The translations under genes were made by a program, and so were the position numbers. From Terriglobia bacterium (GTDB lineage Bacteria > Acidobacteriota > Terriglobia > 20CM-2-55-15), in contig OZ253554.1 of the NCBI GenBank assembly GCA_965262675.1, positions 3,220,640-3,284,639 of the forward strand: a stretch of 64,000 nucleotides of DNA. Direction: 5' to 3'. The notes under the pieces are model-generated. The model was not told the DNA's origin, made no database searches, and saw nothing but the letters and a program-made list of their open reading frames with translations. This document shows positions 19,336 through 29,256 of this stretch, piece by piece (positions within the stretch are counted from its first letter, which is position 1; each line of letters begins with the position of its first letter).

Positions 19336-20997
19336 ATGATTCGTAGTCTGCAATTTGCTGTTGTGCTCCTGTCGGTGGCTGTATTGGGCGGCACGATCGT
19401 CCGGGCTGCGCAGAATAGTGCCGTGGCCGACGCTGCACAGGCGGGCGATCTCATTGGTCTCGGCAACCTCATCGCGTCGAACGCGGATGTGAACGCACCA
19501 TCGGGCGACGGATCCTCTCCGCTGCTTTGGGCGGCCTACAGGTTCGACGTCGAGATGGCCGAGGTTCTCATCGCTGCCGGCGCCGATCTGAACCTTGCCA
19601 ATAACTACGGGATCACGCCTCTTCTCCAGGCGGCTCGGACCGGCGACGCGGCGATGACCGAAGTCCTGCTCCAGGCCGGCGCCAATCCCAATCTCGCCCA
19701 CACCGAGGGCGAAACACCCTTGATGGCCGCATCGCGCGCGGGCAGTGTTGCCGCCGTGCGCCTGCTGATCGACAACGGCGCCATCGTGAATGCTGTGGAT
19801 ACGTTTCAGAACCAGACCGCGCTGATGTGGGCCTCGGTGGAAGGGCAACTCGATGTCGTGGATGTGCTGCTTTCCGAAGGCGCCAATCCCAATCATCGGG
19901 CTCGGGTATCGTCGATCGCCTCACGCAGAAACGCGGATCATCCGACAGGGGGCTTCACGGCCCTGATGTGGGCTGCAAGAAACGGCGAGGAAGATACCGC
20001 GCGGCGGTTGGTCGAAGGGGGAGCGGACCTCAACCTCAAGAACGGCGACGGCGCTTCAGCTACCATGATCGCCATCTACAATGACCGCTTCGATACGGCG
20101 GGGACACTGATCGACCTAGGCGCCGACGTCAATGACGGATCGCTGTACACCGCAGTCGAGATGCGTCGGTCGACGACAGACCAGTTTGCTTTCGACGGCT
20201 CGCGCCTGCGCCCGAATCACGAGAACAGGCTAATGGCTCTGAATCTGATCGCCACCTTGCTCGAGCGCGGCGCCGACCCGCACCAGTGGTTTCAGGGCCA
20301 GTTTCATTCGACGTCGATGCCCAACGGCGACCGATTCGCCAATTCGCCGTTTTTCCGCGCGGCGGTTTCCGCAGACGTCGAAACACTGAAGGTCTTTCTT
20401 CCCTATGTATCCGATATCGATCAGGCGCTGGTTGTCCCGGAGGTTGAAGACGACGGTGGGAGCGGCGGTCCGGGCGGCCGCGGCCGGGCCAATCCCAACG
20501 CCGGCCGGACTGCGGCCATGGCGGCTATGACCGGAGGTCGCGCTCCGGCAATGACGGGTGGTCCGGGATACATCCGATCCGGCGAGGCGCCCTATCGCGA
20601 ACCGGGGAGCCGGAAGCCCGAAGACGCGTTTGCCCTGTTGCTCGACGCCGGTGCGAACCCCGATGCCAAAGCGCCGGATGGTTCGACGTTGCTGCACCAA
20701 GCCGTCCGGTCTCGCAATCTCGACATCATTCGGGCGCTCGGCGATGCCGGCGTCGACTACAACCAGGCCGACGATGACAGCTTGACGGCACTCGACGTTG
20801 CCGAAGGCAGACGACCCGAGGGCGAGGAAGACCCTGGCGCCGGCCCGGCTGGCGGGGGCGGCGGTCGCGGGGGTCCCCCTCCTCCTGAAGTCGCGGCGCT
20901 GCTGCGTGAACTGATGGGCTTGCCGCCGGCGCCCGAACCGCCAGCGGTTATCGAAGATGAAGACGCACCTTTGACGCCGGCCGGAGACGCTCAATGA
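19336..20997 (+). CDS. Exported ankyrin-repeat protein
   Basis: Signal peptide; repeated 'G.TPL..A...G......LL..GA.PN' ankyrin motifs. Confidence 0.9.
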   Translation: MIRSLQFAVVLLSVAVLGGTIVRAAQNSAVADAAQAGDLIGLGNLIASNADVNAPSGDGSSPLLWAAYRFDVEMAEVLIAAGADLNLANNYGITPLLQAARTGDAAMTEVLLQAGANPNLAHTEGETPLMAASRAGSVAAVRLLIDNGAIVNAVDTFQNQTALMWASVEGQLDVVDVLLSEGANPNHRARVSSIASRRNADHPTGGFTALMWAARNGEEDTARRLVEGGADLNLKNGDGASATMIAIYNDRFDTAGTLIDLGADVNDGSLYTAVEMRRSTTDQFAFDGSRLRPNHENRLMALNLIATLLERGADPHQWFQGQFHSTSMPNGDRFANSPFFRAAVSADVETLKVFLPYVSDIDQALVVPEVEDDGGSGGPGGRGRANPNAGRTAAMAAMTGGRAPAMTGGPGYIRSGEAPYREPGSRKPEDAFALLLDAGANPDAKAPDGSTLLHQAVRSRNLDIIRALGDAGVDYNQADDDSLTALDVAEGRRPEGEEDPGAGPAGGGGGRGGPPPPEVAALLRELMGLPPAPEPPAVIEDEDAPLTPAGDAQ

Positions 20998-23423
20998 AGA
21001 GGATGCTTCTCCAAACGGCGGCGCTGATCCTCGTCCTCGCCGGCCTTCCGGCCCTCAGCGAAGCCCGGCAATCGCTGGCGGACTACCAGGGGTTGGTTGA
21101 TCAATACTGTGTCACCTGCCATAACCAGCAGACGCGCATACCCGCAGGGGCGCCGCTCGCGCTGGACACGGTAAACCTTCAAGACCCCAGTGCGGATGCC
21201 GGGATTTGGGAGAAAGTCGTTCGCAAGCTCGGCCTGGGCGCGATGCCTCCACAGGGTGCGCCGACACCTGGTCCGGACGAATTGACGGCGTTCCGATCGA
21301 CATTGATCGCCAGCCTCGACGACGCCGCGGCGCAAACGGACAGCCCGGGACGCTACGTCCTGCACCGTCTGAATCGCAGCGAATACGGCAACGCCGTCCG
21401 CGACCTGTTGGGTGTCGAAGTGGATGTCAGCGAACTCCTCCCGAGCGATGGCGGCGACTTCGGGTTCGACAACATCGCATCGGCGCTCACGATTACCCCG
21501 ATCCTTCTCGAGGGATACCTCTCGGCCGCGTTGCGCATTGCCGATCTTGCGATCGGCGATGTCGAGGCCGAACCGGGCACGTCGACCTATTCGATCAGCA
21601 CGATCGTCACACAGAGGGAGCACGTGGAAGGACTGCCGCTCGGGACGCGAGGCGGCATTGCGGTGACCCATACGTTCCCGGCCGACGGCGAGTACGTGTT
21701 CTATGGACGGCTCCTGCGCACGGTTGCGGAAGGCTACGTCGGGGTCGAGGGCCATGAATCGCCGTTTGACTTCATCGTGACGGTCGATGGCGAGCAGGTG
21801 TTTTCGGCGCCGGTCGGCGGGAGAGAAGACCACGAGTCCAGTTCGGAAAACATCACAGTATCGAAAGATGAAATCGACGAGCGCATGACCTCGCCGCCGA
21901 TCCCGGTTACGGCGGGTCCGCACAAGATCGGATTCACGTTCATCGATCGGCCCACTCAGGAACAGAACGTGTGGAAACCGGTGCTGCGCGAGAGCCTGGA
22001 AGCACACAACCCCTCGGGCATTCCGAGGTTGCGAGCCGGAAACGTCGAAGGACCTTACAACGTCACGGGCATCGGCGACACGCCGACGCGCCGGCGCCTG
22101 TTTACGTGTCAGCCGGCATCGGCGGCCGACGAAGCCCCGTGCGCTGCTGAAATATTGTCCAATGTGGCAAGACGCGCCTTCCGGCGGCCCGTCGACGCCC
22201 CGGACATACAGGCGCCGATTGCCTTCTACGACGCTGCTCGATCCGAAGGTGGCGACTTCGACGCCGGAATCCGCGCGGGTCTGGTTCGGATCCTGGCCAG
22301 TCCGTCATTCGTATTTCGTGCGGAAGAAGACCCGGCGAACCTTCCGCCCGGCGCCGCGCATCGCATCACCGATATCGAACTGGCTTCACGCCTGTCGTTC
22401 TTCCTCTGGAGCAGCATTCCCGACGATGAGTTGCTGGATCTGGCCATCGCTGGCCGATTGAGTGAGCCGGACGTTCTGGAGGCTCAGGTCGGGCGAATGA
22501 TCGCCGATGGCCGGGCCGACGCAATGATCACCGAGTTCGTCGGACAGTGGCTCCAACTCCGCAACATCGACAAGGTAACGCCCGATCTTCTGATGTTCCC
22601 GGACTTCGACGACAACGTCCGGCAGGCGTTCCGCCGCGAAACCGAACTGTTCTTCACGAGCATCGTTCGCCAGAATCGAAGCGCGCTGGAGCTTCTGGAT
22701 GCCGACTATACGTACCTTAACGAACGGCTCGCACGGCACTACGGCATCCGGGGCGTCCTTGGTTCCCAGTTCCGCCGGGTGCGGGTGGAAGATCCGAATC
22801 GGCGGGGCCTGTTGGGCCATGGCAGTGTCCTTACGCTGACCTCGGCCGCGAATCGGACCTCGCCCATCATCCGCGGGAAGTATGTGATTTCGAATCTTCT
22901 GAACACGCCGCCGCTGCCGCCGCCGGCCAACGTGCCGTTGCTGGAGGAGAGCGCGCCGGCGGACCGGCCTTCAACGGTCCGTGAACAACTGGAACTGCAT
23001 CGTGCGAATCCGGCATGCGCGGCTTGCCATCGCAATATCGACCCCGTCGGATTTGCGCTGGAGAACTTCAATGCGGTGGGCCAGTGGCAGGATACGACTC
23101 GAGAGGGGCTGGAGATCGATTCCGCGGGAGTTCTGGTCGACGGTACGTCGGTCGACGGTCCCCTGGAACTGAGGAACGCACTCCTCGCCAGACCCGAGGT
23201 GTTCGTTGGCACGGTCACCGAAAAGTTGATGACCTACGCCTTGGGGCGGGGACTCGAACCCATCGATCTGCCCGTGGTACGCCGCATCATGAACGACGCC
23301 GCGACAGATGATTACGCCATGCAATCGATAATTCTGGGGATCGTCCGAAGTTCCGCCTTTCAGATGCGTACCAAGTTGACGGATACTGTTCCAATCAATC
23401 GACAGACAGCAGAGAGGGATTAG
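20994..23423 (+). CDS. DUF1592-domain (DUF1587/1595/1592/1588/1585) c-type cytochrome protein
   Basis: CVTCH and CAACH heme motifs; 'HRLNRSEY.N', 'ELASRLSFFLWSS.PD', 'GQWLQLR', 'TSPIIRG'. Confidence 0.9.
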   Translation: MKRMLLQTAALILVLAGLPALSEARQSLADYQGLVDQYCVTCHNQQTRIPAGAPLALDTVNLQDPSADAGIWEKVVRKLGLGAMPPQGAPTPGPDELTAFRSTLIASLDDAAAQTDSPGRYVLHRLNRSEYGNAVRDLLGVEVDVSELLPSDGGDFGFDNIASALTITPILLEGYLSAALRIADLAIGDVEAEPGTSTYSISTIVTQREHVEGLPLGTRGGIAVTHTFPADGEYVFYGRLLRTVAEGYVGVEGHESPFDFIVTVDGEQVFSAPVGGREDHESSSENITVSKDEIDERMTSPPIPVTAGPHKIGFTFIDRPTQEQNVWKPVLRESLEAHNPSGIPRLRAGNVEGPYNVTGIGDTPTRRRLFTCQPASAADEAPCAAEILSNVARRAFRRPVDAPDIQAPIAFYDAARSEGGDFDAGIRAGLVRILASPSFVFRAEEDPANLPPGAAHRITDIELASRLSFFLWSSIPDDELLDLAIAGRLSEPDVLEAQVGRMIADGRADAMITEFVGQWLQLRNIDKVTPDLLMFPDFDDNVRQAFRRETELFFTSIVRQNRSALELLDADYTYLNERLARHYGIRGVLGSQFRRVRVEDPNRRGLLGHGSVLTLTSAANRTSPIIRGKYVISNLLNTPPLPPPANVPLLEESAPADRPSTVREQLELHRANPACAACHRNIDPVGFALENFNAVGQWQDTTREGLEIDSAGVLVDGTSVDGPLELRNALLARPEVFVGTVTEKLMTYALGRGLEPIDLPVVRRIMNDAATDDYAMQSIILGIVRSSAFQMRTKLTDTVPINRQTAERD

Positions 23424-23426
23424 CCC

Positions 23427-24755
23427 ATGATCATTACAAAGAAGCATCTGCCTCGCCGGTCGTTCCTGCGGGGGGCCTTGGGGACGATGGTGGCGTTGCC
23501 GTTTCTGGACGCCATGGTTCCGGCCTTGTCGGCCCAGACCACGGCGCGGCCGTTCCGATTCGGCGCGATTTACGTGCCGAACGGAATCTACCCGCAATTG
23601 TGGCATCCGGACACGACGGGAAGCGACTTCGAATTCAAGTCGATCATGGCGCCGCTCGAGCCGTACCGCGACTACTTGGTCACGCTCAGTCAGATGAAGG
23701 CTCCGGACGGGAATCCGGAGATGGGTGGTGTGCACATGGGTGCCAGCGCGGCATGGCTGAACGGCGTCGGTCCACTCACCGGCCAGGCAAACTATACCGT
23801 CATCCAATCCAAGAAGACCATCGACCAGTTCATCGCCGACGGGATCGCCGGAGACACTCCCCTGCGGTCCCTCCAGGTGGGAACCGAGGACATGGGAACT
23901 TCCGCGGGCGCCTGCGACGGCTTTCCCTGCGTCTTCTTCAACACCGTTTCATGGCGCGACGACACCAGTCCGCTGCCCATGGGTATCAACCCGCGTGTGA
24001 CTTTCGAACGCATGTTTGGAGAAACCGGTTCGGCGCGTAAACGGCTTTCGAACCTCAAGCTGAAGCAGAGCGTGCTGGATTCGATCGCCGAGGAAGCGGC
24101 CAATATGCAGCGAAGGCTGGGGGCCGCCGATAACGCCATTCTCGATGAGTACCTGACGAACGTTCGCGATGTCGAACAGCAACTTGACCGCATGGAAACC
24201 CGCTCCGACGCCGTTCCCGAGGGCACGTCCGCTCCGACGGGGATCCCCGATACCTTCGACGAACACATGACGGTAACCTACGACCTGATGCGCTTGGCGT
24301 TCCAGGGCGACATCTCACGCGTGTTCACGTTCATGGTCGGTCACGAGGGAAGCAGTCGGAGTTATTCCCACATCGGAATTCCCGAGCCGCACCATCCGGT
24401 ATCGCACCACGCGGACAACCCCGAAAACATCGAGCGGTACGCGAAGGTCACCACCTACCATTCCGTCAAGCTCGCCGAGTTCATCGGCAAGCTCCAGGCG
24501 ACCCCAGACGGCGATGGGACGCTCCTGGACCGATCGGTCATCTACTATGGCAGCGGCATGAGCAACGGCAATGCCCACGACCGCAACAATGCCCCGGTCC
24601 TCCTGATGGGCGGTGCGAATGGCCGGTTGAAGGGCAATCGCCACATCGCCGTGGAAAACAAGGAACCGACAGCCAATCTTCTGCTCGGCATCGCCGATCT
24701 GGCCAATGTTGAGGTCGAACAGATCGGCCACAGCACCGGCCGGCTTGTCCTTTAG
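23427..24755 (+). CDS. DUF1552 domain protein (Tat-exported)
   Basis: 'LPRRSFLRG...ALPFLDAM', 'YVPNG', 'HHPVSHH', 'YGSGMSNGNAH'. Confidence 0.9.
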   Translation: MIITKKHLPRRSFLRGALGTMVALPFLDAMVPALSAQTTARPFRFGAIYVPNGIYPQLWHPDTTGSDFEFKSIMAPLEPYRDYLVTLSQMKAPDGNPEMGGVHMGASAAWLNGVGPLTGQANYTVIQSKKTIDQFIADGIAGDTPLRSLQVGTEDMGTSAGACDGFPCVFFNTVSWRDDTSPLPMGINPRVTFERMFGETGSARKRLSNLKLKQSVLDSIAEEAANMQRRLGAADNAILDEYLTNVRDVEQQLDRMETRSDAVPEGTSAPTGIPDTFDEHMTVTYDLMRLAFQGDISRVFTFMVGHEGSSRSYSHIGIPEPHHPVSHHADNPENIERYAKVTTYHSVKLAEFIGKLQATPDGDGTLLDRSVIYYGSGMSNGNAHDRNNAPVLLMGGANGRLKGNRHIAVENKEPTANLLLGIADLANVEVEQIGHSTGRLVL

Positions 24756-24837
24756 TCGCACGAGTTCAAAGAAAGGGGCGGGGGCGCTGTTCTCCTACAG
24801 TTTCGGAATGCTGTCGGTGCGGTTTCGGACTTGATTC

Positions 24838-24860
24838 GGGCGGTCATAGACCGCCCCTAC
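24838..24860 (-). repeat. Solitary GTAG-family REP-like palindrome
   Basis: gggcggtc-ata-gaccgccc-ctac. Confidence 0.7.
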
Positions 24861-24995
24861 AATAAGAGTTACGGAGTTGGGCCCAGTTTTTCCGGAATAC
24901 TCCAGACCGGTCGCCACGAGGGAACCATTTTCGCGTTTCTTACGTTGCGCTTGATCCGCGTTTTGCCTCATGCTTCAATTCTGGAGTTGAAGGCA

Positions 24996-25838
24996 ATGAG
25001 ATCCATCGTTTCAAAGTTCCCGAAGACATCGGGGTGTGCCACGGCCGCCATCGTCCTGATTGCCGCGGCCTGCGTCTGGACCGAAGAGGCCACCGCGAGG
25101 CAGACCGGCGATGCCGCCGGTGCAACGATTCCACGAACCGCGGATGGACGTCCGGACTTTCAGGGCATCTGGCAGGTTCGGAACCGGGCCTCGTACAACC
25201 TGGAAGATCACGCCGCGGGGTACGGCATGCCTCCCGGCCGGAGCGTGGTCGATGGCGGGCGAATTCCCTACCAGGCGGCCGCGGTCGAACAAAGGGACGC
25301 GAACTTCAGAGACCGGGAAACCGCCGATCCGCTTTCAAAGTGCTACATGCCAGGCGTTCCGCGGATCATGTACATGGAGCATCCCTTTCAGATTTTTCAA
25401 ACCCCCGACCACATTGCGATGACTTTCGAATGGTCGCTGGTCCACCGACTGATCTACACCGATGGGGAACCGCAACGATATTCCGGACTGGAGTTCTGGA
25501 TGGGGGATTCGCGCGGCCGCTGGGAAGGCGACACGCTGGTCGTTGACGTGACCGGCCACAACAACCGCACATGGTTCGACATGTCCGGCAACTTTCACAG
25601 TGAGGCGATGCGACTGGTTGAGCGGTATACGATGCTCGACCCGGACACCATCGAATACGAGGCGACGATCGAGGATCCCCAGGTGTTCACCCAGCCATGG
25701 ACGATCCGTATGCCGATCTATCGGCACAAGGACATGGACCGGGTCCTCGAGTATCATTGCCAGGCCGAAGTCGAAGAGGCGAACGGGGCGTTCGAACGCG
25801 ATGAACGCACCTGGTATCCTGGGCGGTCGGAGCCATGA
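24996..25838 (+). CDS. Exported 'WEGDTL' family protein
   Basis: 'GRPDFQGIW', 'CYMPGVPR', 'GDSRGRWEGDTLVV', 'EYHC'. Confidence 0.8.
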   Translation: MRSIVSKFPKTSGCATAAIVLIAAACVWTEEATARQTGDAAGATIPRTADGRPDFQGIWQVRNRASYNLEDHAAGYGMPPGRSVVDGGRIPYQAAAVEQRDANFRDRETADPLSKCYMPGVPRIMYMEHPFQIFQTPDHIAMTFEWSLVHRLIYTDGEPQRYSGLEFWMGDSRGRWEGDTLVVDVTGHNNRTWFDMSGNFHSEAMRLVERYTMLDPDTIEYEATIEDPQVFTQPWTIRMPIYRHKDMDRVLEYHCQAEVEEANGAFERDERTWYPGRSEP

Positions 25839-25909
25839 GTCACATTCCGAACGCCCCTTCGAGCACCCTTTTCAATCGAGCAATCCGAATGAACCACCCG
25901 AGAAATCCG

Positions 25910-26767
25910 ATGAAACGACGGCGCAATTTCCTGCTTCGAGCCGTTCTGGCGGCAGCGATAACGACACCCCTGGCGATGGCGCCGCAATCCTATGCGGCCC
26001 AGGGACGTGGGAGTGCGGATTCGGCGCCGTCCGGACCCATTCGCCGACTGCCGGATGGCACGCCCGACATTTCGGGCCTCTACCAAGCCGACGGAGGAGG
26101 CGCAAACTACGGACTCGAACAGAAACCCCGGGACTTTCTGACTCCGGCGTCAAGAGGCGTGGTTGTCGATCCGCCCGATGGCATACTGCCGTACCAGGAA
26201 TGGGCGCGAGCGGAACGGATCGACCGCTATCTTCCTCACCGTGGATATGACGATCCGACGGCACATTGTTTCGTGGCCGCAGGCGTCCCACGTTCCCATT
26301 ACGTACCGTCCCCGTTCCAGATACTGCTGCCTCCCGGATATGTCGTTATTCTGTTCGAGCGGATGGCCTGGCGCCAGATTCCCCTTGACGGGCGGGATCA
26401 CATTCCGGAAGACATCCGGCTATGGAACGGCGACTCCGTGGGCCGATGGGAAGGCGATACGCTGGTCGTCGAGACCACGAACATGAACGGCAAGACATGG
26501 CTGAACGAAGTCGGAGACGTGGTCAGTCACGCGCAGACCACCGTCGAACGGTTCACGCCTCTGGATGCCGATACCATCACATACCAGGCCACGGTGACCG
26601 ATCCCATCGCCTACACGGCGCCGTGGACGATGGAAATACCATTGAACCGCAGGGACGACGAAATCCTCGAGGTCGCGTGTCTCGAAGACAATCAGGATCT
26701 GGAACATCTCAAGGATGTCCGCGACGCATGGCGGGCGGAACAAGGACAAGGAGAGACTGGACGATGA
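25910..26767 (+). CDS. Exported 'WEGDTL' family protein
   Basis: MKRRRNFLL leader; 'GTPDISGLY', 'CFVAAGVPR', 'GDSVGRWEGDTLVV', 'EVACLEDN'; start could be 25835. Confidence 0.8.
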   Translation: MKRRRNFLLRAVLAAAITTPLAMAPQSYAAQGRGSADSAPSGPIRRLPDGTPDISGLYQADGGGANYGLEQKPRDFLTPASRGVVVDPPDGILPYQEWARAERIDRYLPHRGYDDPTAHCFVAAGVPRSHYVPSPFQILLPPGYVVILFERMAWRQIPLDGRDHIPEDIRLWNGDSVGRWEGDTLVVETTNMNGKTWLNEVGDVVSHAQTTVERFTPLDADTITYQATVTDPIAYTAPWTMEIPLNRRDDEILEVACLEDNQDLEHLKDVRDAWRAEQGQGETGR

Positions 26768-27186
26768 GGGTTAATTTCAGCAGAACGATACGCGCGCTCG
26801 CCACGATTGCGTTCGCCGTGGGCGTGTTTGCCGTTTCGGCCGGCGCACATCACGCCTTCACCGCGGAGTTCGACCCGAACAGCCCGATCGAGGTCACTGG
26901 CAAGGTGACGGATATGTTGTGGTCCAATCCACATGCCTGGATCTATATCGATGTCGAAGGACCCGATGGCGAGGTCGTCAACTGGTCATTCGAGTCGGGT
27001 TCGGCGAACGGGTTGATCCGGCGCGGATGGCGGAAAGAAGACCTGATCTTCGGCACCGAACTTGTGATCACGGGCTGGCAGGTACGCAGTGGAGGACCCT
27101 CCGGGAACGCCAGCAGCATCACTCTTCCGGACGGGCGCCGACTGTTTGCCGGCACGTCCAACCCCGACGCTCAGGAGAACGAGTAA
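26764..27186 (+). CDS. DUF6152 family exported protein
   Basis: AGA-HHAFTAEFD; 'WSNPHAW'; 'DGRRLFAGTS'; ATGA overlap with the upstream gene. Confidence 0.85.
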   Translation: MRVNFSRTIRALATIAFAVGVFAVSAGAHHAFTAEFDPNSPIEVTGKVTDMLWSNPHAWIYIDVEGPDGEVVNWSFESGSANGLIRRGWRKEDLIFGTELVITGWQVRSGGPSGNASSITLPDGRRLFAGTSNPDAQENE

Positions 27187-27245
27187 CCCCCAAGCGGACT
27201 GAGCGCGCGCCTTTGGGACTATGGGCTCTGTCGGGAACTGTCTCG

Positions 27246-28976
27246 TTATTCCGGCAACGCGAACACGTAGATCTCATTGTGGCCGCTTGGCGGATTGACG
27301 CCCGCGCCCCGTGCCAGGGCACCGCCCTTGTCGCCTGTTGTGACCGCGACATATTGCGTACCGTCCACGGCATAGGTGATGGTGCTGATCGAAATCGGCC
27401 CGCCCAGGACGGATTCCCAGAGCTGTTCCCCCGTATCCACATCATAGGCACGGAAACGGCGGTTCACGTCGCCGTGAAATACGACGCCGCCTGCCGTCGC
27501 GAGAGTGGATCCCGTGCTGGGAATGGCACTGACCCCGAAGCGCATGATTTCGCCCGTATCCAGATTCACCTTCGCGACACCTGCGAACTCGTCGGGATTC
27601 CCTTCGGGACGTGCCTCGCCGAACCGCCGTTCGCGGTTGTCACCGTCGGCTCGAGTCATGTTGAGGCAGTTGTCGACATAGGGAATGTATAGCGAATTTG
27701 TGCCGGGGTGGAACGAAGACGGCCAGAAACTGGTCGTGTTGAAGAAGCAGATCAGATGGTTTTCGCCCGGTTCCTTCAGGACGAGGTCCCAGTTGAGCTC
27801 GGTCCGGCCCGTGGCGCCATCGATGTTCGAAATCAGGAATCGTTCGGTGTCGAACGGAAACGGCGTGGCCCAGAGGAACTCGCCCGTTCGGCGGTCGTTC
27901 ACAAATATACCTCCGCCCTCTCCCACCATTACCGTGGCGTCGCGTTCCTCGCCGCGAGGAACGTTCGGATTGAACCACTTGACGTATTCCGGCTCGGGGT
28001 TGAAACGGATCGTGGTCAAGATCCGTTCGTTGGTGTAGTCCTCGTCCCAGTCGTCCCCGGGAAGGTGTTGGAAATACCATTTCAACTCACCGGTGTCCGG
28101 GTCCAGCGCCAGCGTGGAGTTACTGTACAGATCCGAAGGCGACGTGCGCGGAATCGTGTCGACTTCGCCGTCATGACGCGCCGCCCGCGTGTTTGGCATC
28201 GGATTGGCGACGCCCCACAGCACGGTATTGGTTTCGGGGTCGTAGGATCCGGGCAGGCCCCAGGTCGATGCCATGTTCCTGTCGTGCGTTTCAGGAGACG
28301 GGTTGCCCCAGGTTTCGTATCCTGGCTCGCCCGGACCGGGAACCGTAAAAAACTTCCACAGTTCCTCGCCGGTTTCGATGTCGTGGGCAGCGATGAAGCA
28401 GCTCTCGCGGGTCCGTGCGCATGCGCGTCCGGAAATCACCTTGCCGTTGACGGCCACGGGGCCGGAAGTGTGGTCGGCTTCACCGGCATAGGTCTGCCAC
28501 CGGACCTCGCCATTGACCGCGTCCAGAGCGACAATGTAGCCGTCGGGCGCCGTGTATAAGATCACGTCGCCATAGATCGCCAGGGTCTTGGTTCGTGCCC
28601 GCCCGGCGGCATCGCCCGCATCGTGGCGATATTCCCACAAGCTGTCGCCGTTGGTGGCATCGACCGCGCGCACGACGGCGCCGGGCTCGACGATATACAT
28701 CACGCCGTCGTGGACTATCGGAATCGCTTCGGCGCTGCCATTGTTCATTCCCCGAGACCAGGCCAGGGTGAGCCCCTCGACATTGTCCCTGTCGATCTGT
28801 TCCAGCGGGCTGAACCGTTGCGCATCGTAGGTGCGACTGAACATGAGCCAGTCGTCGGGACTCGGGTTCTGGAGCATCGCGTCGGAAACCGGCTGGTAGT
28901 CCGGAACCTGAGCGATGGCGGAAGGAACGAACAACAGGAACAATGAAATAGCGGTCAAGTGTCGAGTGAGTCTCAT
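27246..28976 (-). CDS. PQQ-dependent dehydrogenase (alcohol-DH-like beta-propeller)
   Basis: 'WLMFSRTYDAQRFSPLEQI', 'GELKWYFQHLPGDDWD', 'TAGGVVFHG', 'TYAVDGTQYVAV'. Confidence 0.85.
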   Translation of the reverse strand: MRLTRHLTAISLFLLFVPSAIAQVPDYQPVSDAMLQNPSPDDWLMFSRTYDAQRFSPLEQIDRDNVEGLTLAWSRGMNNGSAEAIPIVHDGVMYIVEPGAVVRAVDATNGDSLWEYRHDAGDAAGRARTKTLAIYGDVILYTAPDGYIVALDAVNGEVRWQTYAGEADHTSGPVAVNGKVISGRACARTRESCFIAAHDIETGEELWKFFTVPGPGEPGYETWGNPSPETHDRNMASTWGLPGSYDPETNTVLWGVANPMPNTRAARHDGEVDTIPRTSPSDLYSNSTLALDPDTGELKWYFQHLPGDDWDEDYTNERILTTIRFNPEPEYVKWFNPNVPRGEERDATVMVGEGGGIFVNDRRTGEFLWATPFPFDTERFLISNIDGATGRTELNWDLVLKEPGENHLICFFNTTSFWPSSFHPGTNSLYIPYVDNCLNMTRADGDNRERRFGEARPEGNPDEFAGVAKVNLDTGEIMRFGVSAIPSTGSTLATAGGVVFHGDVNRRFRAYDVDTGEQLWESVLGGPISISTITYAVDGTQYVAVTTGDKGGALARGAGVNPPSGHNEIYVFALPE

Positions 28977-29256
28977 GGACCCTCCTGAAAGAGTGCGAGC
29001 CGATCGCCGATCGATCGTCCGGCCTGAAATTCCTGTTTGACAATCGGTTTCCCGACAACGATACAGATTGCGGTCCAGGGAGTCGATCTCTCGATCCGGT
29101 TTTTCGTCTCGGCCGGTTGAGCGTTCCGGCGAGACTTTCTGGTTTGCCAGGTTCACTCGCCCGCGGACGGAGGTGCCGTCTTGTTCACGCACGCGATGGC
29201 CGGCCTGCTGGCGTTCGGCATGCTCGGCCAGATGGGGTAACGCGTCTCTCGGGCCG

